A stretch of 62,900 bases of DNA, from positions 1 to 62,900 of the forward strand of contig JASKLG010000001.1 of NCBI GenBank assembly GCA_030153805.1. Reading direction: 5' to 3'. Of the stretch, positions 19,057 through 29,700 are shown piece by piece. This stretch comes from Bacillota bacterium. Its GTDB lineage: Bacteria; Bacillota; DTU030; DUMP01. Every line of letters begins with the position of its first letter. Position 1 is the first letter of the stretch. The notes beneath the pieces were generated by a model. That model was not told the origin of the DNA and made no database searches. It saw only the letters and a program-made list of their open reading frames with translations. The position numbers were made by a program, and so were the translations under genes.

Positions 19057-20043
19057 CTAGATTCTATCACAAACCCCGGTAGTTGTAAACAAAGCCGGCG
19101 AACTTTTCAGCTCTTCGAGCCGGCGTAAAATGTCCTTCGCCTGCCGGGCATCCCTTTCCAGCTGTACCTTTAGGTCCTCGGTAGAGTTAAACATTTGTTC
19201 AGGGCGAAGAAATGCGATAAATTCCACGCGCAGGTGCTTCCCATACAGATTACCGAGAAAATCGAATAAGTGAACCTCCAGCCGCACTTCTTTTGCCCCG
19301 AAAGTAGGGACACATCCGATGTTGGCTACTCCGGCATAACAACGTTCCTGATGCCATGTGCGCACCGCATAAACCCCGAAGCGAGGCAGCGCCAGGCCCT
19401 GCCCAAGTTCAATATTTGCAGTGGGAAAGCCGAGGCTGCGCCCGCGCCGCGCCCCAGGCACCACGCGGCCGACTACGGCCGGAAATCTACCCAAGAAGGA
19501 AGCAGCTTTTTCCAGTTCTCCCTGAGCCAGAAGCTCCCTTATCCTGCTGCTCGAGACGGGCTCACCGTTCACACAAACCGGAGGTATTCGGTTCACCGCA
19601 AAGCCGAATTCTCGGCCCCAGGCCGCCAGGGCTTCCGGCGTCCCTTGTCCTTCGCGGCCGAAGGTGTAATTATAGCCTACGGTCACATGCCTGGCGCTGA
19701 GCGTCTCCACCAACACATTCCGGACGAAATCCTTCGCCTCAAGCGCCGCCAGATACGGTGTGAAATTTAGAACCAGCAGAGTATCCGCACCCAGTTCCTT
19801 GATAAGCCGCGCTTTTTCCTGAAAAGGCGTCAGGATTAAAGGTGCAGCCGCCGGCCGTAAAACGGCCAGAGGATGAGGTTCAAAGGTGACAACAAGGCTT
19901 CTTAAGCCGTGCTCCTTGGCGGCCTGCACGGCAGTGGCGATAATTTTTTGGTGGCCCCGGTGTACTCCATCAAAAAAGCCTAAAGCTACGCTGCTCGCAA
20001 CTTTGCCTTCCGTCCAATTTTCCAATCCCCGCACAACGTCCAC
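19057..20043 (-). CDS. ribF: Bifunctional riboflavin kinase/FAD synthetase
   Basis: GFFDGVHRGH, VSSSRIR, GFPTAN, EVHL. Start trimmed to GTG 20043. Confidence 0.96.
   Translation of the reverse strand: MDVVRGLENWTEGKVASSVALGFFDGVHRGHQKIIATAVQAAKEHGLRSLVVTFEPHPLAVLRPAAAPLILTPFQEKARLIKELGADTLLVLNFTPYLAALEAKDFVRNVLVETLSARHVTVGYNYTFGREGQGTPEALAAWGREFGFAVNRIPPVCVNGEPVSSSRIRELLAQGELEKAASFLGRFPAVVGRVVPGARRGRSLGFPTANIELGQGLALPRFGVYAVRTWHQERCYAGVANIGCVPTFGAKEVRLEVHLFDFLGNLYGKHLRVEFIAFLRPEQMFNSTEDLKVQLERDARQAKDILRRLEELKSSPALFTTTGVCDRI
19061..19089 (-). promoter_or_regulatory. sigmaA promoter inside the ribF 3' end
   Basis: TTTACA-N17-TAGAAT with a TGn extension. Confidence 0.65.
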
Positions 20044-20060
20044 TTTGCCTCTACACTCCC

Positions 20061-20966
20061 TCAAGAGAACACTACGTCGGGCTGCAATATCCAATCGTTG
20101 CCCCGTCGTGAGAGGTGTCCCACGCCGAGGAAGGCCAGGGAGTCGTCGCGCACTAACACATACTGTGGGTCCGGAGCCGGTTCCATGCCTCCCGCAACCT
20201 CGACCGTATTTCCGTGGCGGAAAAGCCTGCTTCCTTTGCGGTCCAGCACCAGCGCCGGAAGGTGCCCCACCCCTGCTTCCGGCGGGGACAACCATTTCTG
20301 GCTATCGCCAAAACGAACAGCTTCCTCCAGCTCCTCAAGGGTAAGGCTGGACCCGATTTCAAAGGGTCCGCTGGCCGTGCGCAAAAGAAAAGAAAGGTAC
20401 GCTTCCGTGCCCAACGCCCGTCCGATGTCGGCCGCCAGGGTCCGAATATACGTTCCGGGAGAACATTCGCACTCAATAAGCGCACGCGGGTGTTCCGGAT
20501 GCGGATTAAAGCCTAAAATCTTCAGCCGCGCGATATGTACCCGCCGGGGTGGCCGCTCCACGTTTAGACCCGCACGGGCGAGTTCGTACAGGCGCCGTCC
20601 CCGGAAATGGACGGCCGACACCATTGGCGGAACCTGCTCAATATCACCCAGGAACTTAGGAAGCACCCGTTCTAGGTCCGCTTGGCTTACACGGCATGGG
20701 GCCCGGCGCACCACCTCGCCTTCCCCATCTAAGGTCGTAGTGCCCACCCCGAACGTAATTTCGCCCCGGTACGTCTTTACTCCGGGAAGAAACCCTACCA
20801 GGCGCGTAGCCCGGCCCAGGGCCACCACCAGCACCCCTGCCGCAGGCGGGTCTAACGTGCCGGCGTGCCCAACGCGACGAACTCCAAGAAGCCGCCTTAC
20901 CCAAGCCACCACATCGTGTGACGTCATGCCGGGAGGTTTCAAGACATTGATAAACCCTTCACTCAC
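20061..20966 (-). CDS. truB: tRNA pseudouridine(55) synthase
   Basis: KPPGMTSHDVV, GHAGTLDP, GTYIRTL. Confidence 0.96.
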   Translation of the reverse strand: MSEGFINVLKPPGMTSHDVVAWVRRLLGVRRVGHAGTLDPPAAGVLVVALGRATRLVGFLPGVKTYRGEITFGVGTTTLDGEGEVVRRAPCRVSQADLERVLPKFLGDIEQVPPMVSAVHFRGRRLYELARAGLNVERPPRRVHIARLKILGFNPHPEHPRALIECECSPGTYIRTLAADIGRALGTEAYLSFLLRTASGPFEIGSSLTLEELEEAVRFGDSQKWLSPPEAGVGHLPALVLDRKGSRLFRHGNTVEVAGGMEPAPDPQYVLVRDDSLAFLGVGHLSRRGNDWILQPDVVFS

Positions 20967-21936
20967 CGGCCAACTCCTCCTCCAGTACCTGCTCGGCAGC
21001 CTTAATCATTATCTCCTCTGCCTTTTCCAAAGGGCCGGCCAAGGTACAGCCTGCGGCGCGGGCATGGCCGCCACCGCCAAAGCGAAGAGCCAACCGGCTT
21101 ACATCCACGTGCCGTGAGCGCAGGCCGACGCGCACGGTTCCTTCTTCCGTTTCCTTGAAAAGAAGGGCCACTTCTACTCCGGCAATCATACGCGGGTAGT
21201 TGATGAGACCGCTTGTGTCATCCGTTCCGCAGTCCCTAAGCACCGAACGCGGCAGGCTTATCCAGGCCAGCCGTCCGGCACAGCCTAGTTTCAGCCGGCT
21301 GAGGGCCTCTTTTATGAGAAGCACCTGGGCCAGTGGTTTTGTGTCGTAAACGAAATCGGCGATCTCCCAGGGCTTAACCCCTACCTTAAGCAGGCGTTCC
21401 GCAGCCCGGTGAACCTGAGGACTGGTGTTCTCATAGCGAAAGCCACCGGTATCGGTGTGCAGGCCTGTGTACAGGCAGATAGCTACCGGCAAAGACAAAG
21501 GCAGCTCCAGGTAATCCAAAAGCAAAAGCACCAATTCAGCTGTAGCCGCCGCCTGGGGATCAACCAGGTTGTAACGGCCAAAACCTCCATTAGTGGGATG
21601 GTGATCAATATTTAGGATTAGCGGGTGACCGGCCACCTTTTCCCGCAGCGCCCCCACGCGATCAAGGTCGCCGCAATCGAGCACAATAACCACCGTGGCA
21701 TCGCCCAGTTCGCCGATGGTTCGCTCAACTTCATCTACCCCAGGCAGAAAGGCGTAGCTGGGCGGAATACCGTCCGGGCTCACCATGCTAACCCGGCGCC
21801 CGGCAGCCTTCAGCGCTAACCCCAAACCCAAGAGAGAGCCGATAGCGTCCCCGTCCGGGTCAACATGGCATAGGAGCACCAGCTCACTCGCCTTCAGGAC
21901 GATCCCGGCGATCGTCCGTGCTTCTTCCCCTTTCAC
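20959..21936 (-). CDS. nrnA: DHH/DHHA1 oligoribonuclease / pAp phosphatase
   Basis: HVDPDGDAIGS, IDHH, TDTGGF, GGGHARAAG. Confidence 0.92.
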   Translation of the reverse strand: MKGEEARTIAGIVLKASELVLLCHVDPDGDAIGSLLGLGLALKAAGRRVSMVSPDGIPPSYAFLPGVDEVERTIGELGDATVVIVLDCGDLDRVGALREKVAGHPLILNIDHHPTNGGFGRYNLVDPQAAATAELVLLLLDYLELPLSLPVAICLYTGLHTDTGGFRYENTSPQVHRAAERLLKVGVKPWEIADFVYDTKPLAQVLLIKEALSRLKLGCAGRLAWISLPRSVLRDCGTDDTSGLINYPRMIAGVEVALLFKETEEGTVRVGLRSRHVDVSRLALRFGGGGHARAAGCTLAGPLEKAEEIMIKAAEQVLEEELAGE

Positions 21937-22294
21937 TCTGGCCGGCTCCTTCCTCTTTTTGAATACGAGTGATAAGGTTGGTCAATTCCACCCCACGGGC
22001 AATCGATTCGTCAAGGCGAAAAGCTATCTCAGGGGTATAGCGCAGGCGAATGCGCCGACCTAGTTCCGAACGCACAAACCCGGAAGCCCGCTCTAGCCCC
22101 TCGAGCGTGGCCTTTTTCTCTTCCTCACTACCAAACACGCTCACGTAAAAAGTGACGTGACGCAGGTCGCCGGAAACATCAACCCTCGTTATCGAAACAA
22201 AGCCAATGCGCGGATCCTTCAGCTCGCGCTGAATAAGATCGCTCATTTCCTTGCGAAAAGCTTCCTGTAGCTTTGCTTCACGCAGCCTTCCCAC
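21884..22294 (-). CDS. rbfA: Ribosome-binding factor A
   Basis: LKDPRI, DVSGDL, LRYTPEIAF. Confidence 0.95.
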   Translation of the reverse strand: MGRLREAKLQEAFRKEMSDLIQRELKDPRIGFVSITRVDVSGDLRHVTFYVSVFGSEEEKKATLEGLERASGFVRSELGRRIRLRYTPEIAFRLDESIARGVELTNLITRIQKEEGAGQSERGRSTDDRRDRPEGE

Positions 22295-22324
22295 TCCGTC
22301 CACCTCCATCTACGGTACGTTGCC

Positions 22325-24412
22325 TCAGGCAACCGGGACTTCCTCAATCCGGAAGGCTTCGAGAACGTCGCCTTCTTTAACGTCCTGAAAATTGGCGAGC
22401 GTAATACCGCACTCGTAACCGGCAGCCACTTCCCGTACATCGTCCTTAAAGCGGCGCAGGGATGCGACCTTACCTTCATATACCACCACGCCGTCGCGAA
22501 CCAGGCGCACCGAAGCATCGCGCGTGAACCTGCCTTCCTGAACGTAGCACCCCGCCACGGTGCCGACCTTGGGAACGTGAAAGATGGCCCGCACCTCGGC
22601 CCGCCCGAGCGAAACTTCCCGCAGTTTCGGAGCGAGAAGCCCCTGCATGGCAGCCTTGACATCATCGATGGCGTCGTAAATAACCCGGTAGAGCCGTACA
22701 TCGACTTTTTCTTCTTCTGCCGCCTGAGCCGCCTTGCCTTCCGGACGCACATTGAAACCGATGATGATGGCGTTCGACGCAGCTGCCAGCATGACGTCGG
22801 TCTCGGTAATGGCCCCCACGCCCCCGTGGATGACCTTAACCTTGACTTCGGGGTTAGAAAGTTTTTCGAGGGCCTGGCTAACCGCTTCTACAGAACCCTG
22901 CACGTCGGCCTTAACCACCAGGTTGAGTTCTTTGACCTTCCCCTCCTGGATACGCTGGTACAGTTCATCGAGGGTTAAACGTGGAGTGAGTTTAAGCTCT
23001 TTTTCCCGCAGGCGCTCTTTAGCTTGCTCGGCCAAAGCCCGGGCCGTCTTTTCATCACGTACGACCTTCAAGATGTCGCCGGCCTGCGGTACCTCAGAAA
23101 ACCCGAGTACAGATACCGGTTCCGAAGGGCCGGCAGAACTGACACGCTGCCCTTTGTCGTTGATCATAGCCCGGACACGGCCGGCCGCCGTTCCGGCTAC
23201 TACCGCATCGCCTACGCGGAGCGTACCTTTCTGCACCAGGACGGTGGCCACCGGCCCGCGCCCCCGGTCGAGCTGGGCTTCGATGATGGTACCTACAGCG
23301 GGACGGTTGGGGTTGGCCTTAAGCTCCTGCATATCGGCTACGAGGAGGATCATCTCCAGCAACTCGTGTATACCCTCCTTGCGCACGGCCGATACGGGAA
23401 GGCAAATGGTGTCGCCGCCCCACTCTTCGGCCACCAGGCCGTATTCAGTCAACTGTTGTTTCACCAAGTCGGGCCGTGCGCCCGGCTTGTCGATCTTATT
23501 AATGGCCACAATAATGGGTACACCGGCCGCTTTAGCGTGGTTGATGGCCTCTACCGTTTGCGGCATCACACCGTCATCGGCCGCCACCACAAGAACGGCA
23601 ATATCGGTAACCTGGGCACCCCGGGCACGCATAGCCGTAAACGCTTCGTGCCCGGGCGTATCCAAGAATACGATTTTACGCCCGTTGTGTTCCACCACCG
23701 AGGCGCCGATATGCTGGGTAATGCCGCCCGCCTCTTGCGCCGTTACACGGGTGTTGCGAATGGCATCCAAGAGTGAAGTTTTACCGTGGTCCACATGCCC
23801 CATGACGGTAACCACGGGCGGACGTTCGCGCAGGTCTTCTGGCCTGTCCTCCTCCTCGATCGAGGGCGCTTCCGGTTCGGGCTCCGGCGCACGCTTCACT
23901 GTAAAACCCATGTTGGCTGCCACCTGAGCGGCGACATCAAATTCGATGGTTTGGTTCAGACCGGCCATTATCCCCCGGGCAAAAAGCAGTTTAACCACTT
24001 GGCTGCCCGGCCGGCCCAAGCGCGAAGCCAGTTCCTGTACCGTCAAGCTTTCTGGAAGCTCTATCTCTTTGGTCTCGCTTGCTTCAGGTTCTTTTTCCGG
24101 GGCCCGCTCCTTAGATCTACCGGCCCGCGGAGGGCGCTCCGCACGCCCTTCCTTTCCTTTTCCCTTAGGGCGCGGTCTTTTTTCTGGGCGACGGCGTTCT
24201 TCTTCCTCCTCAATTTCCAGCTCCGTAACCGCCTCCGGCAGGTCGGAAATCTCGCTTACGCCCAGGCTTTCCCGCACCTGCTCAACCAAGTCATCTTCCA
24301 AAGTGCTCATATGGTTCTTTACCTTAACTCCGAACTCCGGCAGGAGTTCCATCAGATCTTTGCTGCTTACCTTAAGCTCTTTGGCCAGCTCATAAACGCG
24401 CAACTTAGCCAT
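22325..24412 (-). CDS. infB: Translation initiation factor IF-2
   Basis: [20 protein letters not shown]; N-terminal RVYELAKEL. Confidence 0.98.
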   Translation of the reverse strand: MAKLRVYELAKELKVSSKDLMELLPEFGVKVKNHMSTLEDDLVEQVRESLGVSEISDLPEAVTELEIEEEEERRRPEKRPRPKGKGKEGRAERPPRAGRSKERAPEKEPEASETKEIELPESLTVQELASRLGRPGSQVVKLLFARGIMAGLNQTIEFDVAAQVAANMGFTVKRAPEPEPEAPSIEEEDRPEDLRERPPVVTVMGHVDHGKTSLLDAIRNTRVTAQEAGGITQHIGASVVEHNGRKIVFLDTPGHEAFTAMRARGAQVTDIAVLVVAADDGVMPQTVEAINHAKAAGVPIIVAINKIDKPGARPDLVKQQLTEYGLVAEEWGGDTICLPVSAVRKEGIHELLEMILLVADMQELKANPNRPAVGTIIEAQLDRGRGPVATVLVQKGTLRVGDAVVAGTAAGRVRAMINDKGQRVSSAGPSEPVSVLGFSEVPQAGDILKVVRDEKTARALAEQAKERLREKELKLTPRLTLDELYQRIQEGKVKELNLVVKADVQGSVEAVSQALEKLSNPEVKVKVIHGGVGAITETDVMLAAASNAIIIGFNVRPEGKAAQAAEEEKVDVRLYRVIYDAIDDVKAAMQGLLAPKLREVSLGRAEVRAIFHVPKVGTVAGCYVQEGRFTRDASVRLVRDGVVVYEGKVASLRRFKDDVREVAAGYECGITLANFQDVKEGDVLEAFRIEEVPVA

Positions 24413-24418
24413 CTATGC

Positions 24419-24733
24419 TCACCCCCGTGTATTCTCATCCCCGGCTCCCGATACAATTGACTTAAGCTTACGAACCAGCTGGTCGTCGGTTATTGCGGCT
24501 ACGGCCACCTGGTCACGCCCCAACCAGCGGCCCAATTCCGCTTTTGAAGCTACCCGGCAGGTCGAAACCCCGGCCTTTTTGCCCAGTTCCCGAAACGTCT
24601 TTTGCGTGCGCTCGCTGCCGTCCGTGGCAAGAATGATAAGCCGTGCCCGGCCTTGGGCCAACGCTTTGCGGCAGCCCTGATCCCCCACCACCAGCCGACC
24701 AGCCCGGCGGGCCAGGCCCAGGATGCCTCCCAC
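24419..24733 (-). CDS. ylxQ: L7Ae/L30e family RNA-binding protein (YlxQ-like)
   Basis: LGLARRAGRLVVG, ILATDGS, ELGRWLG; sits between ylxR and infB. Start uncertain. Confidence 0.85.
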   Translation of the reverse strand: MGGILGLARRAGRLVVGDQGCRKALAQGRARLIILATDGSERTQKTFRELGKKAGVSTCRVASKAELGRWLGRDQVAVAAITDDQLVRKLKSIVSGAGDENTRG

Positions 24734-24738
24734 GCGTT

Positions 24739-25005
24739 CTAAATCTCGATCAACCGGTCTTCCAGTTCCCGTATAATCTCCGGTGTAAGTTCCATCTCCA
24801 ACGCCTTTTCCAGGCGCCGACCCTGAATGGCCTTGTCCAAACAAGCCCTTACCGGACAGATGTAGGCCCCCCGTCCAGGCTTTTTGCCGGTCCGATCCAC
24901 TTCCAGCTTGTTCTCCGGGGTACGCACCACCCGGAGCAATTCCTTCTTGGGGCGCATTTCTTGACAGCCTACGCAGAGGCGCATGGGAACGCGGCGCTGT
25001 TTCAC
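24739..25005 (-). CDS. ylxR: YlxR / RNase P modulator RnpM
   Basis: PMRLCVGC, LLRVVR, GRGAYIC. Confidence 0.93.
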   Translation of the reverse strand: MKQRRVPMRLCVGCQEMRPKKELLRVVRTPENKLEVDRTGKKPGRGAYICPVRACLDKAIQGRRLEKALEMELTPEIIRELEDRLIEI

Positions 25006-26063
25006 GGCGTATCACTCTCCTTCACCTCATCCGCTCCCTGCGGCTCGCTCTTGATGTCGATCTTCCAACCCGTGAGCTTAGCAGCCAGGCGGGCGTTTTG
25101 CCCCTCTTTCCCAATAGCCAGGGAAAGCTGGTTTTCCGGCACACGAACCCGCGCCACTCGCCCTTCCTCTTCCAACGTAACGCTGAGGACCCGGGCCGGG
25201 CTGAGGGCGCTGGCGATGAACTCTTCCGGCACGCTGCTCCACTTAATGATATCGATTTTCTCCCCGCGCAATTCATTAACCACCGCCTGCACGCGCATAC
25301 CTTTGGGGCCGACGCAGGCCCCGACAGGGTCTACGTTGGGGTCCCGCGCCCAAACGGCCATCTTGGACCGGGAACCGGCTTCGCGGGCAATAGCTTTTAT
25401 TTCTACTGTACCGTCATGGATTTCCGGTACCTCAAGTTCAAAAAGCCGCTTGAGGAAGCCGGGATGGGTTCGCGAAACGAGGATTTGTGGTCCTTTCGTC
25501 GTCCGGTTTACCTCCAGAACGTAAGCCTTAAGCCTTTCACCGGGACGATATACGTCGTTGGGCATCTGCTCGCTGGCGGCCAGGATGGCTTCCGCCCGTC
25601 CCAGGTCGAGAAGGACGTTTTTCTGCTCGAATTTCTGAATAATGCCGGTTATGATGTCCCCCTCGCGATCGGCAAATTCTTCATAAATGATACCCCGTTC
25701 GGCCTCCCTAATCCGTTGCACGACCACCTGCTTGGCATTTTGGGCAGCAATGCGGCCGAACTCGCGCGGGGTCACTTCGAATTCCAGTATGTCTTCAATT
25801 TCATACCTTGGATCGATTTCTTTAGCCTCTTCTAAGGACACTTCAAGCCGCGGGTCCTCTACCTTGTCCACCACAACTTTTCGGGCGAATACCTTGACCT
25901 CGCCTGTATTACGGTCAATCTGCACCCGCACGTTCTGGGCCGAAGAAAAGTTTTTCTTGTACGCCGACACGAGCGCTGCTTCCAGGGCTTCGAGCAAGAC
26001 TTCTTTTTTTATTCCCCGTTCCTTTTCCAGTTGATCTAGTGCTTCCAAAAACTCCTGATTCAC
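25002..26063 (-). CDS. nusA: Transcription termination factor NusA
   Basis: FGRIAAQNAKQ, AREAGSRSK, AIGKEGQNARLA. Confidence 0.98.
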   Translation of the reverse strand: MNQEFLEALDQLEKERGIKKEVLLEALEAALVSAYKKNFSSAQNVRVQIDRNTGEVKVFARKVVVDKVEDPRLEVSLEEAKEIDPRYEIEDILEFEVTPREFGRIAAQNAKQVVVQRIREAERGIIYEEFADREGDIITGIIQKFEQKNVLLDLGRAEAILAASEQMPNDVYRPGERLKAYVLEVNRTTKGPQILVSRTHPGFLKRLFELEVPEIHDGTVEIKAIAREAGSRSKMAVWARDPNVDPVGACVGPKGMRVQAVVNELRGEKIDIIKWSSVPEEFIASALSPARVLSVTLEEEGRVARVRVPENQLSLAIGKEGQNARLAAKLTGWKIDIKSEPQGADEVKESDTP

Positions 26064-26536
26064 TTTATTCCCTCCCAGCTAATCTCCGCCACGAGCTTCG
26101 CCTGGGCAATCTCCTCTTTAGGAATCGAGACTTCGCCTTCTGCTCCCAAGTCTAGCTTGACTTTCCCTTCGCTCAGGCCTAAGAGCACACCTGTAAAGCG
26201 CCGGCGCCCGGCCAGCGGAGCATAAGTACGTATCGTAACACGCCGGCCGCGGAAGCGTTCGTAATCCTGATCACGCTTTAGAGGGCGGTCCAGGCCCGGT
26301 GAAGACACCTCTAGATAATAGGACTGGGGAATTGGGTCCTCGGCGTCAAGAACGGGGCTTAAAAGCTCGCTTAAGCGCTCGCAGTCGTCTATCCCCACTC
26401 CCCCCGGCTTGTCGATAAAGACCCGGAGAAACCAACGCCCACCTTCCCGGGTAAAAGTGACGTCTACCACTTCTAAACCTTCCTTTCGGGCCAGGGGTTC
26501 TACCAGGGCGCTGACCCTCTCCACAATGTTGTTCAT
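26060..26536 (-). CDS. rimP: Ribosome maturation factor RimP
   Basis: LRVFID, LEVSSPGLDRPL. ATG 26536 behind AAGGAGG. Confidence 0.96.
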   Translation of the reverse strand: MNNIVERVSALVEPLARKEGLEVVDVTFTREGGRWFLRVFIDKPGGVGIDDCERLSELLSPVLDAEDPIPQSYYLEVSSPGLDRPLKRDQDYERFRGRRVTIRTYAPLAGRRRFTGVLLGLSEGKVKLDLGAEGEVSIPKEEIAQAKLVAEISWEGIK

Positions 26537-26626
26537 CCCATTCCCTCCTTGTGGCGCCCGGCACCGGGCAGCCGCCACTATTTTTTCCTCGGCAAAGAGA
26601 ACTTACCCCGCCACACCGCCAGTAAC

Positions 26627-26654
26627 AGTAAAGAGTGGGTGAGCACCCACTCTT
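26627..26654 (-). promoter_or_regulatory. rimP leader attenuator hairpin
   Basis: AAGAGTGGGT-GCTC-ACCCACTCTT with a weak U tract, typical of Firmicutes rimP-nusA leaders. Confidence 0.7.
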
Positions 26655-26698
26655 AGCACCAAAGCGGCTTCCACTCGCAAACCACTGCGACCGAGAAC

Positions 26699-26728
26699 AG
26701 TATAACACGCCGGGGAAGAGGTTGGCAA
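26699..26728 (-). promoter_or_regulatory. sigmaA promoter of the rimP-nusA-infB operon
   Basis: TTGCCA-N18-TATACT with a TGn extension. Confidence 0.6.
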
Positions 26729-26745
26729 GCTTCGGCTTTCAAAGG

Positions 26746-29700
26746 TTAGGGCAAGACCTGAAACAGGTCCAACTGTTCGTTAACCGGGAGGTTGTCCAGG
26801 CAATGAACCTCAGCAAGAAGAGCGATCTGGCTGCGCGACAGGCGCGCTCTAATTCTAAGGTCCTCCTGTGAGGCGAATGGCCGTTCATTACGGGCGGCCA
26901 CGATATTCTCCGCCGCCGACCGGCCCAAACCGGGCACGCTGATAAAAGGCGGAAGGAGCCCCTCTGGGGTTATGAGAAAGCGCGTTGCATCGGAACGGGC
27001 CAGATCTAAAGGGAGAAAACGCAGCCCCCGGGCAAACATCTCCAGGGCCACCTCCAGCACGGTAAGGAGCCCTTTCTCCTTCGCCGAAGCCTCGCTGCCT
27101 CTCGCCTCCAGCTCCGAAATCTTAGCGGCCACAGCTGCCGGTCCTTTCAGCGCAAGATTCAGGTCGAAATCATCGGCCCGGACGGAGAAGTAGGTGGCGT
27201 AAAAGGCGGCCGGGTAATGAACTTTGAAATAGGCAATGCGAAAAGCCATCATTACATAGGCCGCGGCGTGGGCCTTGGGAAACATGTACTTGATCTTGCG
27301 GCAGGATTCGATGTACCACTCGGGAACTCCGTGCCGGGCCATGGCCTCTTCCATCTCCGGCTTCAAGCCTTTACCCTTACGCACGTTTTCCATGATTTTA
27401 AATGCGAGCGACGGTTCCAAGCCTTTGGCGATGAGGTAAAGCATGATGTCGTCACGGGTGCAGATGACTTCGGACAAGGTGGCCCGGCCGGAGCGGATAA
27501 GATCCTGGGCGTTACCCAACCAGACATCCGTACCGTGGGACAAACCGGAAATGCGCACCAGCTCGCTGAAACTCTTCGGGCGCGTCTCCACGAGCATCTG
27601 CCGAACGAAACGCGTACCGAACTCGGGAAGGCCCAAAGTCCCTACCTCTGAGCGGATGTCTTCCGCCTTAACTCCGAGGGGCTCTATCCCCGAAAAGAGG
27701 GCCAGGGTTTCCGGGTCGTCAAAAGGAACAGAGCGCGGATTCACCCCGGTAAGTTCCTGCAACATCTTCAACACTGTCGGGTCGTCGTGCCCCAGGAGAT
27801 CCAGCTTCAGGAGCCGGCTGCTAATTGAATGATAATCGAAATGGGTGGTCACAACTGCGCTGTCTTTGGCATCGGCCGGATATTGGACCGGCGTAAAATC
27901 CAGTATATCGCAGTAGTCGGGAACGATCATTAGCCCACCCGGATGCTGTCCGGTAGTGCGCCGCACGCCGGTTAAACCCGCCACCAACCGTTCCATCTGG
28001 GCCCGCCGCCATTTAAGCCCGCGTTCGTCGGCATAGGCTTTAACAAAGCCGTAGGCCGTGCGCTCGGCGATGGTGGAAATCGTCCCCGCCCGGAAGACGT
28101 GATCGCGGCCAAACAATTCTTCCGTGTAACGATGAATTCGGCTCTGGTACTCTCCGGAAAAGTTCAGGTCAATGTCCGGCACTTTATCGCCGTTAAAGCC
28201 CAGGAAAGTCTCAAAGGGGATGTCCTGGCCGTCTTTCACCATGAGTTCACCGCAGCGCGGGCAGTTCTTATCCGGCAGGTCGAATCCAGAACCGTAACTT
28301 CCATCCTCGATAAACTCGCTGTGACGGCAGTACGGACAGCGGTAGTGGGGAGGCAACGGATTGACCTCGGTAATGTCGCACAGCGTTGCCACAAAGGACG
28401 AACCTACCGACCCGCGCGAGCCGACCAGGTACCCGTCTTCCAATGATTTCTTGACCAGGCGGTGAGCAATGAGATAGATTACGGCGAAGCCGTTGGCTAT
28501 GATGGCCTGTAGCTCTCTATCCAGACGCCGGGCCACCAAAGGCGGCAGCGGGTCGCCGTACAGCTCAACGGCACGCCTCCGGGCCATGGTCTCAATCTCT
28601 TCTTCGGCCCCTTGGATGCGCGGAGCAGACAAGTCAGACGGCACCGGCTGCACCTCTTCCACCAGAGACGCCACATGCTGCGGCGCCCGGATCACCACCT
28701 CGCGGGCCGTATCTTCCCCTAAATAACTGAACTCGGCGAGCATTTCACGGGTAGTTTTAAGGTAAAGAGGCGGCTGAAAGTCGGCATCATCGTACTTCTG
28801 CCCGGCAAGGAGTATGCTACGAAGTATCGCGTCGCCGGGACGAAGGAAATGCACATCCCCGGTAGCCACTACCGGTTTTCCAAGCTCCCGGCCTAAAGCC
28901 ACAATGCGCCGGTTTAACTCCAAAAGCTCATCTTCGCTGAGCTTCCCCTCGCGCACGAGAAAGGCATTATTGCCCCGGGGTTGGATCTCCAGGTAATCGT
29001 AAAAAGCCGCCCGCCGGCGCACCTCTTCCTCAGGCTTGTGTTCGGCGAGGGCTCGGAAGACTTCGCCTGCCTCACAGGCCGAACCGAAAATAAGGCCGTC
29101 CCGGTGCTTCTCCAAAAGCTCGCGGGTAAGCCGTGGAACCCGGTGGAAGTAGTCGAGATGGGAAGCGGTCACCAACCGGTACAGGTTTTTCAACCCTGCC
29201 TGGTTCCGCACCAAAATGATAATGTGGTATACCCGGGCTTTATCATCCAGAGGAGGAACTCCATCCTCTACCAAGTAACCCTCCATGCCGTAAATGACTT
29301 TAATCCCAAATTGGCGCCCCAGCTCATAAGCTTCGGGAAAAGCCTGAACCGACCCGTGGTCGGTAATTGCCACCGCCTGGTGCCCCCACCGGGCCAGCGT
29401 GGCAAAAAGATCGCCCAGCCGGGTGGTCGCATCGAGGGCGCTCATCTGGGTGTGGAGATGAAGTTCCACCCGTTTTTCCTCTTCCGGATCAGTATCTTCC
29501 TGCGGCGGTATTGTTTGAATAGCCTCTGCCCAGATAATTTCCTCTCCGGCAAAACGATCAAAAGTAAGTTCACCCTTTACCCTAAGCCGGCACCCCGGCT
29601 CTACGCATGCCGCCGCTTCCTGTTCGTTTTTCTTCTTAAGAAGGACTTTGACCGAGATGGCGTCCCCTTCGTCTGCCAAATCGAACTGAAGAAGAATCTT

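Noticed and set aside
20044-20295. N-terminal extensions in the ORF track (ribF; also L7Ae, pnp, PilZ, cheW, motA, dut)
   Set aside because: They overlap upstream genes or UTRs, and a downstream RBS-supported start matches the family length. These are not fusions.
20098-24460. Long plus-strand ORFs (e.g. 20098-21117, 22734-23927, 23024-23776)
   Set aside because: Antisense shadows of conserved genes in GC-rich DNA, with no motifs. The same applies to 28981-29889, 41358-42221 and similar ORFs.
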